Below are positions 8,990 to 16,595 of a stretch of DNA of 64,000 nt, in pieces (position 1 is the first letter of the stretch; every line of letters starts with the position of its first letter). A program made the position numbers and the translations under genes. The stretch spans positions 44,914 to 108,913 of the forward strand of contig JBCBEX010000002.1 of assembly GCA_038528235.1 (NCBI GenBank), written 5' to 3'. This stretch comes from Bacteroidota bacterium (GTDB taxonomy: Bacteria > Bacteroidota > Rhodothermia > Rhodothermales > Rubricoccaceae). The notes under the pieces were generated by a model. The model did no database searches. It saw only the letters and a list, made by a program, of their open reading frames with translations, and was not told where the DNA came from.

Positions 8990-9574
8990 CTACAGCCGCA
9001 GCGAGCAGCCGAACGCGGCGGCTGTGGCCTCGGGCGGCGTGCCGCCGGCGCCGAGCGCATCAAGCGCGTCGCGGGCATAGTCGATCTCGACGAACGACGG
9101 GTCCGAGGCGCTGTCGTCGAGCGCGCCCTGATAGGCAAGCGTGCCGTTCCCGTCGAAGACGAAGACCTCGGGCTGGCGCGCCGCGCCGAGCGCACGAGCG
9201 AGGCGACCGCTGGGATCAACGAGGTAGGGCAGGTCGCCGTAGCGACGCGCCTGCTCGGTGCGGGCAGCCGCGTCCACGTCGGCGGCCGGCGTCGGGTCCA
9301 CGAGGGCAAAGCCGAAGCCCTGGCTGCGGTAGTCGCCCACGAGCGCGAGCAGGCGCTCTTCGTAGCGGTCGACCCACGGGCAGTCGGCGCCCCACAGCAC
9401 GACCACGAGGCCCTGCTCGCCTTGGATGTCGGCAAGCTGCACCGTCGCGCCGGTCACCGTCGAGAACGACGTGGTGGCCTCGGGCAGCGCGTCGCCGGGC
9501 TGGAGCTGCGCCTGAGCATAGGGCGCGCCCACGAGCAGAGTGGCGAGCAGAAGAAGCGTCAGGAGCGTGCGCAT
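8990..9574 (-). CDS. thioredoxin-fold (redoxin/AhpC-TSA-like) secreted protein
   Basis: The internal ATG at 9574 gives the signal peptide MRTLLTLLLLATLLVGAPYAQA. The redoxin-like core VVVLWGADCPWV has only one Cys of the usual CXXC. Confidence 0.55.
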   Translation of the reverse strand: MRTLLTLLLLATLLVGAPYAQAQLQPGDALPEATTSFSTVTGATVQLADIQGEQGLVVVLWGADCPWVDRYEERLLALVGDYRSQGFGFALVDPTPAADVDAAARTEQARRYGDLPYLVDPSGRLARALGAARQPEVFVFDGNGTLAYQGALDDSASDPSFVEIDYARDALDALGAGGTPPEATAAAFGCSLRL

Positions 9575-9725
9575 CGCGCTAGGGATCGAATGAGGGGAAG
9601 ATCGACGCCCGTTCAACGCGCCAACGCGGCGGTTTCTTCCTGGGTAGCATCGACTTTGCAGGAACGAATCTTGCTGCTCGCTTCGTTGATTGCTGTAGTG
9701 TCTATCTTAGGTTAAACAACTCGGT

Positions 9726-10139
9726 ATGGCTGTTAAACTTCGTCTTCGTCGCCTTACTACTGCAAAGCGCCCACGCTATGCGGTCGTTGCAACCAAGCGG
9801 TTGGCACCCAACCGTGTTCGTGTTATCGAGAGGCTAGGTCACTACGAGCCCGTCCAGAATCAAGGCAAGGTCACGCTGAAGGCCGAGCGCATCCGTTACT
9901 GGCTACGGCAAGGAGCCCAACCCTCGAACAAAGTTAGATCTATCCTCTCGACACAGGGCATTGCCGTTGGTCCTGGCCTCACAGAGGACGAGGTAGCACT
10001 TGACTTAGAACTGTCACGGATCCTGAGCGAGGTCAGAGAGTCTGCTCGCGTCATCGCCACAGCCTCTCAGAAAATCGATCACCTTCTTCCGATCACGAAC
10101 GAGATCGCAGAGACGTACGCGCACGCATCAAACGACTGA
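9726..10139 (+). CDS. rpsP: 30S ribosomal protein S16-like, divergent, with C-terminal extension
   Basis: MAVKLRLRRLTTAKRPRYAVVATKRLAPNRVRVIERLGHYEP...RIRYWLRQGAQPSNKV follows the S16 pattern, but conserved G/K/D/G positions are substituted. The gene is visibly lower in GC. Confidence 0.65.
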   Translation: MAVKLRLRRLTTAKRPRYAVVATKRLAPNRVRVIERLGHYEPVQNQGKVTLKAERIRYWLRQGAQPSNKVRSILSTQGIAVGPGLTEDEVALDLELSRILSEVRESARVIATASQKIDHLLPITNEIAETYAHASND

Positions 10140-10140
10140 G

Positions 10141-10491
10141 ATGGGGTGGGTTGACACAGCAAAAGATCTCGGTAAGGAGATCGCAGCACTGCTGAGACAA
10201 GTCATTACCCTCGAAGGCAAGGTCCATCACCTTGGCGAAAACACGGAACGCATTCGCAAGGAACAACAGGAGTTCATAGATCACGTCAACGAGGACGTCA
10301 GAGAACTCCGGAGAGACTTTGATGAGGTCCGTCGTCGCCTCGCTCGGATCGAAGGCACACTCGACGCTACCTTCCAAAAATCATACAAGGAAGCGTTATT
10401 ACAACTCGCCCGCGAGTACCTCGACAAGCATGGCTCGCTTGACGGCTTCGACCCAGGCCGTCTCACTGACGCAGGCAGCCGCGACAGCTAG
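10141..10491 (+). CDS. coiled-coil hypothetical protein
   Basis: 116-aa ORF starting 2 nt after the S16-like stop (TGAGATG). Heptad-rich charged sequence in the same lower-GC islet. Confidence 0.45.
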   Translation: MGWVDTAKDLGKEIAALLRQVITLEGKVHHLGENTERIRKEQQEFIDHVNEDVRELRRDFDEVRRRLARIEGTLDATFQKSYKEALLQLAREYLDKHGSLDGFDPGRLTDAGSRDS

Positions 10492-11027
10492 CCGCTAAGT
10501 GCTGCGGTTTCTTCCTGGGCGGTGGTGTCCGCAAGCGCAGCGCGCGCTGCCACGACGCGGCGGTCGAGCGTTTCGTAGTCGACCATGCCCTCCCAAAAGT
10601 CGACCAGGTTGCCGTCGCCGTCGTAGACGAACGAGGCCGGGAGGCCGCCCGACCAGCGCGGGTTCATGTCGCGGAGGAAGGTCGTCGAGCCCGGCTCCTT
10701 GATGTAGGTCACGCCCTCGACCTCCTGCTCCTTGAGGAAGTCGATGGCGAGGCGCACGTCGTCCTCGTAATCCATGCTTAGGAAGCGCACGGCCACCCCG
10801 TCGGCGGCCTTGCGGCGGCCGTACTCCATGAACTCGGGGAACTCGACGCGGCACGGCAGGCACCACGTCGCCCACGCATTGAGCACCACGATCTCGGCGT
10901 CGAGCGCGACGAGCTCGGCCTGCAACTCGCTCGCGTCGACGGAGCGCAGATCCGGCTCACCGGGCGCGACGCTGTTGTCAGCGCAGCCGACGAGGAGAAG
11001 CAGAACGAGGAGGGCTAGGAATCGCAT
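10488..11027 (-). CDS. TlpA-like thiol:disulfide oxidoreductase lipoprotein
   Basis: The internal ATG at 11027 gives MRFLALLVLLLLVGC, a lipobox. Thioredoxin active site WCLPC is present. Confidence 0.75.
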   Translation of the reverse strand: MRFLALLVLLLLVGCADNSVAPGEPDLRSVDASELQAELVALDAEIVVLNAWATWCLPCRVEFPEFMEYGRRKAADGVAVRFLSMDYEDDVRLAIDFLKEQEVEGVTYIKEPGSTTFLRDMNPRWSGGLPASFVYDGDGNLVDFWEGMVDYETLDRRVVAARAALADTTAQEETAALSG

Positions 11028-11037
11028 AAGGCTCTTT

Positions 11038-11099
11038 CGCAACACGCAACACGCAACACGCAACACGCAACACGCAACACGCAACACGCAACACGCAAC
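11038..11099. repeat. heptanucleotide tandem repeat (AACACGC) about 8.5 copies
   Basis: Read directly. It fills most of the 74-nt spacer between the carboxypeptidase stop (11102) and the TlpA-like start (11027). Confidence 0.9.
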
Positions 11100-11101
11100 C
11101 G

Positions 11102-12727
11102 TCAATTCCCGCCTATGCAGCCCGTTCCGCTCATCGTCGAGCGCAGGCCGTCCTCATCGGGAATCCGCAGGACCGGGTAGAGGCCGCCTTCCTGGAGCGC
11201 GTCGCCGAGGACGTTCCAGGCGACGGCGCCGTCGTCGGAGCGGGGCTCCAAGATGGTGAAGGCGAGGCGCGCGAGCGGCTGCGTCATCGGCACGACGACG
11301 CCTGCGACGGGGCCGTCGACGCGCTCCCAGGATCCCGTCACCTCGGTGATCTGCCGCTGCTGGAACTCGCTGAGCACCTTCACGGAGTCGATGCGGAAGC
11401 CCTCGGCGGGACCGCAGAAGCCTTCGCGGGGGATACCCCACGTGATGCCGTGCACGTCGAGGAGGTCGCGGAGCCCCTGCAGGTCGCGTGGGAAGACGTA
11501 GGCGGCGGTCAGCGTGTTCGTCTCCGTCGCCTCGAAGCGCGTGAAGGCGGGCATCACCTCCGGCGTGACCACTTTGCGGCGGTGGCGCACCGGCTCGCCC
11601 GTGGTGGGATGCGGGATCTCCACGGTGTCGCCCATCAGGATCGTCGTGTCGCCCTCGCTCACGTGCTGGGCGCGCAGCGCGAACGGTTGCCCCCGGAGCG
11701 CGCCCTGTGCAGCCTCGGCGTCGAGGCGGTCGGTGAGCGCCTGGATCCGATCGGCGTGGGCCGCGACCACGTCGGCGATGCTGATCACGAACATCCTCGT
11801 GGCGTTGATGCGCTCCTCGAACGTCGCGTAGCTGTAGGCCTCGCTCAGAATCCCGATGCGGTTGCGCAGGCCGACGTAGTTCGTCGAGAAGCGCGGACGG
11901 GCGTCGAAGGTGTACCAGCCGCGGGGGCGCGTCACGGGCTCGCCGAACGCGCCGGGGACGTTGCCGTAGTCGAAGATCTCGTAGCCGATGCGCTCGCGCA
12001 CGGAGTCGCGGACGGCGGGCAGGATCCGCTGCCGGACCTCCGCGTCGAGCGCAGGCGCGGTGTTGGGCGAGAGCGGCGGGCTGTAGGTGAGGTGGTAGGC
12101 GTGCTGCGTGCCGTTGGTCGTGTGCAGGTCGACGACCACGTGCGGGTCGTAGTCCTCGAAGAGCTGCAGCATGGCGCGCGTCTCAGGCGCGGCGACCTTC
12201 ACGAAGTCGCGGTTGAGGTCGAGGCCCTGCGCGTTGGCCCGCTGCCCCATGCCTTCGATGGGTCCGTGTTGGTAGGGGCGGTTGTCGAGGGCGATGCGCT
12301 CGTTGCCGTCGGCGTTGTAGATCGGCGCGATCAGCAGCACCAGGTTCTCCCAGAGGAAGTGGTCGTCCCGGATGTCGCGCACGAGTTCGAGCAGCGCCTC
12401 CTTACCCGCCACCTCTCCTGCGTGGATGTTGGCGAACACGAAGAGGCGCAGTTTGCCCGTCGCCAGGACGGCCTCGGCCGACGACGAATCCGCCCCGACG
12501 ACGACGAGCGGCAGCGGCCGTCCCTCGACCGACTCGCCGAAGCTCGTCAGGTGCAACTCGTTGTAGAGCGAGGTCAGCTCCAACTGCGCTTCGATGTACG
12601 TCATTGCTGCGTCGTAGGTCGTCGTAGCCTCGTAGTTGGAGAACTCGGCGGCGGTGTAGTTCAGCTCAGGCGGGGGCGGGCAGCCGAGGAGTGCCACAGC
12701 GAGAACGAAGGACAGCAGGCGGGACAT
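11102..12727 (-). CDS. M14-family zinc carboxypeptidase lipoprotein
   Basis: The internal ATG at 12727 gives MSRLLSFVLAVALLGC. HxxE zinc motif FANIHAGEVAG and a later DLHTTNG ligand region are present. Confidence 0.8.
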   Translation of the reverse strand: MSRLLSFVLAVALLGCPPPPELNYTAAEFSNYEATTTYDAAMTYIEAQLELTSLYNELHLTSFGESVEGRPLPLVVVGADSSSAEAVLATGKLRLFVFANIHAGEVAGKEALLELVRDIRDDHFLWENLVLLIAPIYNADGNERIALDNRPYQHGPIEGMGQRANAQGLDLNRDFVKVAAPETRAMLQLFEDYDPHVVVDLHTTNGTQHAYHLTYSPPLSPNTAPALDAEVRQRILPAVRDSVRERIGYEIFDYGNVPGAFGEPVTRPRGWYTFDARPRFSTNYVGLRNRIGILSEAYSYATFEERINATRMFVISIADVVAAHADRIQALTDRLDAEAAQGALRGQPFALRAQHVSEGDTTILMGDTVEIPHPTTGEPVRHRRKVVTPEVMPAFTRFEATETNTLTAAYVFPRDLQGLRDLLDVHGITWGIPREGFCGPAEGFRIDSVKVLSEFQQRQITEVTGSWERVDGPVAGVVVPMTQPLARLAFTILEPRSDDGAVAWNVLGDALQEGGLYPVLRIPDEDGLRSTMSGTGCIGGN

Positions 12728-12943
12728 AGGCAGCAAACGGTCGAGCAGAAACAGCGATCGGGCAGAGTATAGGCCCGGCCGCGCTGCGGCGGCGGGCACC
12801 CTCCCCCCAACGCCGCAGCCCGGCGCGGCATTGCACGGAGCCGCATCGCACGGCGCGGCCAGCGATGCACACTCTGGGGCCCACGTAAGCGGAACGACGC
12901 TTGCAGGCGTCTGGTAGGCCCCACAGCCAACCTCTACGTCGCC

Positions 12944-13225
12944 ATGTCCGACTACATGCCTATCGCCTGCGGCTTCCACGATCGGCTCGAACACTGGGCC
13001 GTCCGCCGCGACCCGATCACGCTCGTCTGGCGCGACACCCTCGCTGCCAACGCACCGGAGCGCACCGCGCGCGTCCGCATCGCCGACCTCTTCGCCAACG
13101 ACGGCGCCGACTGGGTTCGCCTCACGCTGACCGATACTGAGGGCGACGGAGCTCCCGCCGAGGTCGTCATCCGTGCCGACCAGGTCGTCTCTGCCGAGGG
13201 CCACCGCCTCGCCCAGGCGTGCTGA
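12944..13225 (+). CDS. Rof-like (Rho-binding antiterminator family) protein
   Basis: MSDYMPIACGFHDRLEHWAV matches the N-terminal YxPIxCxxxDxLE pattern of Rof; about 90 aa. Confidence 0.55.
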   Translation: MSDYMPIACGFHDRLEHWAVRRDPITLVWRDTLAANAPERTARVRIADLFANDGADWVRLTLTDTEGDGAPAEVVIRADQVVSAEGHRLAQAC

Positions 13226-13288
13226 GCTATCTCGGTGCCCCCATCTTCATCTTGTCATCCGGAACTACCCGATTCCTGTCTCTCCCCC

Positions 13289-14626
13289 ATGCAGTTCGAC
13301 CCCGCCAAGCTCGCCCGCCTTGCTGAGAAGGCCGACCTCAAGCGCCTCCTCGACCGCCTCGACGGGATGAGCGCCGACGAGATCGCCTCGTTTGTGGGGA
13401 CCGGCGGCGACGGGGCGCAGGGACAGCCCGCCCTCCCCAAACCGCGCACCGTCAAGGAGCCGGACGTCGACTTCTACCGCTTCTTCGAGCGGCACCTTAC
13501 GGCCGAGCAGCAGCGCACCCGCGAGGTCGTCCACGCGTGGATGCTCGACGAGGTGCGTCCGATCATCAACGACTACTGGGAGCGCGGCGAGATGCCGTTC
13601 GAGCTCGTCCCGAAGATGGCGGCGATGCTGCGTGAGGCCTATGGCGATCATCCCGGCCGCCGCTACTGCTCCGACCCGCTCCTGACCGGCCTCGTCGGGA
13701 TGGAGGTTGCTCGCGTGGACCCGTCCGTGGGCACCTTCCTCGGCGTGCACTGGGGGCTGTGCCTCATCTCGCTGCACTTCTTCGGCAGCGACGCGCAGAA
13801 GGCAAAGTGGTACGACCGGCTCGAACGCTTCGAGGCCATCGGCTCCTGGGCCCTCACCGAACCCGAGCACGGCTCCGACGCCGCGCTCGGCCTGGAGACG
13901 ACCGCCGAGCGGCGCGGCGACACCTGGGTGCTCAACGGTGCCAAGAAATGGTCTGGCAACGCCACCTTCGCCGATGTGACGGTGATATGGGCCAAAGACA
14001 CGGCCGATGGCAACGTGAAGGGCTTCCTCGTCGAGAAGGGCACCCCTGGCTTCACCGTCGAGAAGCTGCCGGGCAAAATCGCCAAGCGCTCCGTCGAGAA
14101 CGTGCTGATCGGGCTGGAGAACGTGGAGGTGAGCGAGGCCGACCGGCTGCCGGGCGTGAACAGCTTCCGCGACGTGGCCGCGCAGCTCGCCACAGCCCGC
14201 GCGGGCGTCGCGTGGGAGGCCTGCGGCATGGCCATGGGGCTCTACGAGCAGACGCAGCGCTACTGCACCGAGCGCGTCCAGTTCGGCAAGCCCATCGCGG
14301 GCTACCAGCTCGTGCAGAACGGCCTCGTGGAGATGCTCGGCAACGTGATCGCCATTCAGGGCATGGTCCTCCAACTCGCCACGCTCTACGACGACCTCCG
14401 GGCGCTGCACGCGCGTGCGTCGCTCGCGAAGGTGTTCTGCGTGAGCAAGATGCGCGAGACGGCCAGCATCGGGCGCGGCCTGCTCGGCGGCAACGGCATC
14501 CTGCTGGAGCACGACGTGGCGCGGCTGTTTGCCGACGCCGAGGCGGTCTACTCCTACGAGGGCACCCACGAGATGAACACGCTCATCGTCGGCCGCGCCA
14601 TCACCGGGTTGAGCGCGTTCGTGTAG
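13289..14626 (+). CDS. acyl-CoA dehydrogenase (glutaryl-CoA dehydrogenase-like)
   Basis: ACAD-type sequence throughout (WALTEPEHGSDA, ...[23 protein letters not shown] end). Start chosen at ATG 13289 (MQFDPAKL) inside track ORF 13235..14626. Confidence 0.85.
   Translation: MQFDPAKLARLAEKADLKRLLDRLDGMSADEIASFVGTGGDGAQGQPALPKPRTVKEPDVDFYRFFERHLTAEQQRTREVVHAWMLDEVRPIINDYWERGEMPFELVPKMAAMLREAYGDHPGRRYCSDPLLTGLVGMEVARVDPSVGTFLGVHWGLCLISLHFFGSDAQKAKWYDRLERFEAIGSWALTEPEHGSDAALGLETTAERRGDTWVLNGAKKWSGNATFADVTVIWAKDTADGNVKGFLVEKGTPGFTVEKLPGKIAKRSVENVLIGLENVEVSEADRLPGVNSFRDVAAQLATARAGVAWEACGMAMGLYEQTQRYCTERVQFGKPIAGYQLVQNGLVEMLGNVIAIQGMVLQLATLYDDLRALHARASLAKVFCVSKMRETASIGRGLLGGNGILLEHDVARLFADAEAVYSYEGTHEMNTLIVGRAITGLSAFV
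14480..14626 (+). repeat. direct repeat copy 0: in-gene 3' terminal 147 nt of the acyl-CoA dehydrogenase
   Basis: 49 codons including TAG. Reference copy for the downstream repeats. Confidence 0.9.
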
Positions 14627-14661
14627 GAGATTGTCCCTGGTCTTTTGTCCTTGTTCGTTCG

Positions 14662-15078
14662 ATGGGACACGTCACTTCGTTGCTTGGCAAAATCAGGGTG
14701 CCCGCAGATCACGGGTGGGAGAACGCAGCCATGCTCAACGAGGCTGCGATCAGGGCACTCCCAGAACGTGACGAGTATCCTTGGCTCGAACGTTCCATGT
14801 TTGCCCTTAGGCAGACACCTTCATTCTACCGTGAGCGAACGCTCCATTTCGCTACGACAATGAAGGCCATGTCAGACGCTGAATTCGAGACGTGGCTCAT
14901 CAAGTTCGAGCAACTCCTGCGCGACATGTCGTGGCTCTCGGTCGATGTGTTCATCGAAACTGAGGGCCAAAGCTCACTCTCCCGATATTGGTGGGTGACA
15001 CAACGCTATGACGGTGGTGCTTCCTCCGTGTGGGAACGAGGCGTAGACCGCTTCCGCTCTATCAGCACGCCTTCCTGA
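14662..15078 (+). CDS. hypothetical protein (cassette 1 cargo, low GC)
   Basis: ATG at 14662 (MGHVTSLL...) in the tail of track ORF 13759..15078. An alternative start is MLNEAAI at 14731. Visibly lower GC. No domain recognised. Confidence 0.4.
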   Translation: MGHVTSLLGKIRVPADHGWENAAMLNEAAIRALPERDEYPWLERSMFALRQTPSFYRERTLHFATTMKAMSDAEFETWLIKFEQLLRDMSWLSVDVFIETEGQSSLSRYWWVTQRYDGGASSVWERGVDRFRSISTPS

Positions 15079-15081
15079 ACG

Positions 15082-15306
15082 TCACAACAGCTCTCGGAAC
15101 TCGTCCACGGTCAACCCAGCCTCGCGGATGATCGCGCGGAGCGTGCCCTTGGCGACCTCTTTGTGGTCCGGTACCACCACGCGTCGATGCGGCGCGACCG
15201 CCTGACGTAGGATCATATGGCTTCCCTTCTGCCGGTCGAGATCGTAGCCGAGCTTCGCCAACGCTTTGACCACATCGCGCCCGGAGACTACCGGAAGACG
15301 GCCCAC
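15082..15306 (-). CDS. hicA: HicA-family mRNA interferase toxin
   Basis: MGRLPVVSGRDVVKALAKLGYDLDRQKGSHMILRQ matches the HicA/YcfA signature; 74 aa. Confidence 0.8.
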   Translation of the reverse strand: MGRLPVVSGRDVVKALAKLGYDLDRQKGSHMILRQAVAPHRRVVVPDHKEVAKGTLRAIIREAGLTVDEFRELL

Positions 15307-15308
15307 TT

Positions 15309-15515
15309 CTACACCTCGACGAGTTCTTCCGTGATCGGCGGCGGGATGGGATCCCCATGCGCCTCTAGGCTCTCGATGTAGAGCGCAATCGCCTCCTTCA
15401 CGCTGACGAGGGCCTCCCCCCGCGTCGCACCATCCGCGATGCAGCCAGGGAGGCTAGGGACGGAGGCGATGAACACGCCGTCCTCGTCGGTTTCGATTAG
15501 AACTCGATACTTCAT
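15309..15515 (-). CDS. hicB: HicB-family antitoxin (UPF0150-like)
   Basis: MKYRVLIETDEDGVFIASVPSLPGCIADGATRGEA matches the HicB N-terminal fold pattern. The stop lies 2 nt before the hicA start. An upstream ATG at 15527 is also possible. Confidence 0.75.
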   Translation of the reverse strand: MKYRVLIETDEDGVFIASVPSLPGCIADGATRGEALVSVKEAIALYIESLEAHGDPIPPPITEELVEV

Positions 15516-15580
15516 AGCAGCACACATCGGGTGGAAGACACCGGATGTACCCTGGCGATCCTCTGAGGTTCAGCGGCGGT

Positions 15581-15727
15581 CTGTTCGGCGGCAACGGCAT
15601 CCTGCTGGAGCACGACGTGGCGCGGCTGTTTGCCGACGCCGAGGCGGTCTACTCCTACGAGGGCACCCACGAGATGAGCACGCTCATCGTCGGCCGCGCC
15701 ATCACCGGGCAGAGCGCGTTTGTCTAA
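15581..15727 (+). repeat. direct repeat copy 1: displaced copy of the acyl-CoA dehydrogenase 3' end
   Basis: 147 nt with 7 nt differences from copy 0 (L>F, N>S, L>Q, two synonymous, TAG>TAA). Confidence 0.9.
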
Positions 15728-15736
15728 CCCCGCTCT

Positions 15737-15946
15737 TTACTCGGCTCCACGCTGCGCGTCTTTCTCACGTGCCTCTGCGATGAGGTCGTCAAGCGAGACC
15801 TCTCCAATCCACGTGTGGCGCTCGGCGGTGTAGTCGCCGCGTCCGGTGTCGAATTGGCGGAGGAAGCGAAACGCGTCCACCACGCCGAGTGCGCGCACAA
15901 GCGCCGCGTGGCCGTCCCGGTTGATATCCGCAAGGGGGCGAGTCAT
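15737..15946 (-). CDS. small protein downstream of the PIN gene (putative TA partner)
   Basis: 69-aa ORF starting 11 nt after the PIN ORF stop. Family not recognised with confidence. Confidence 0.45.
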   Translation of the reverse strand: MTRPLADINRDGHAALVRALGVVDAFRFLRQFDTGRGDYTAERHTWIGEVSLDDLIAEAREKDAQRGAE

Positions 15947-15956
15947 GGCTGAGGCT

Positions 15957-16394
15957 TTAGCGTAGCCGAAGGATCAGTTCGAGGGGAGATACGACCGCCG
16001 TGCTCTCGGTGTTCGCCGCGTGCCCCCGGTTGAGCAAGGCATCGTCTGTCGTGCAGAAAATGTCCGCCCGCGCTTCGACGGCTGCTGCCAGGTGCAGCGC
16101 ATCGAGCGCCTTGATCCCGTCCGCCTCGTAGCTGCGCGCTCGCCGCACAACGCCCTCTTCCATCGGCATGTAGATCTCGGCTAGCGCAAGCGCGTCCTCC
16201 GCATGGGCACGGCGATCCGGAAAAGGACACCGAGCATTTTCGATGGCATGTACGCTCGACGCGACGAGACGCAGGGTGCCGACCTCGCACAAAGACAGCA
16301 CGTTCAACACCGCGTCTGCTTCTGTACGGACGCGCAGTTGTGCCTAGTCGTCGAACGGACGCTGAAGGGCACACGAGTCGAGATAGACGAGCAT
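15957..16394 (-). pseudogene. PIN-domain (VapC-like) gene interrupted by an in-frame TAG
   Basis: Hand translation from ATG 16394 gives MLVYLDSCALQRPFDD-TAG-AQLRVRTEADAVLNVLSLCE..., continuing into track ORF 15957..16310. The TAG at 16344..16346 sits where related proteins, from memory, have FDDQ (CAG). Confidence 0.65.
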
Positions 16395-16421
16395 GCTGGC
16401 AAGCTACGACGCCCGGCCCAC

Positions 16422-16568
16422 CTGCTCGGCGGCAACGGCATCCTGCTGGAGCACGACGTAGCGCGGCTGTTTGCGGATGCTGAGGCGGTCTACTCGTATG
16501 AGGGCACCCACGAAATGAACACGCTCATCGTCGGCCGCGCCATCACCGGGCTGAGCGCGTTCGTGTAG
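16422..16568 (+). repeat. direct repeat copy 2: displaced copy of the acyl-CoA dehydrogenase 3' end
   Basis: 147 nt with 8 nt differences from copy 0, all synonymous in the dehydrogenase frame. TAG is retained. Confidence 0.9.
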
Positions 16569-16595
16569 CGAGCCCAGACCGAACCAGCCATACGC

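Noticed and set aside
11038-11099. Possible CRISPR array, given the short tandem repeats here and at 7486..7520.
   Set aside because: The units are 7 nt with no spacers. No repeat-spacer architecture or cas genes occur anywhere in the window.
11028-11105. N-terminal extension MTVACCVLRVACCVLRVACCVLRKSL on the TlpA-like ORF.
   Set aside because: It starts at a TTG overlapping the upstream stop and is simply the heptamer array read in frame. The internal ATG gives a perfect lipoprotein signal.
15545-15727. Track ORFs 15545..15727, 16203..16568 and 18001..18477, which end in ...EGTHEM(N/S)[10 protein letters not shown](L/Q)SAFV.
   Set aside because: They are not independent genes. Only their tails match the dehydrogenase C-terminus, and their upstream parts are unrelated read-in sequence. 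They are treated as displaced 3'-end repeats.
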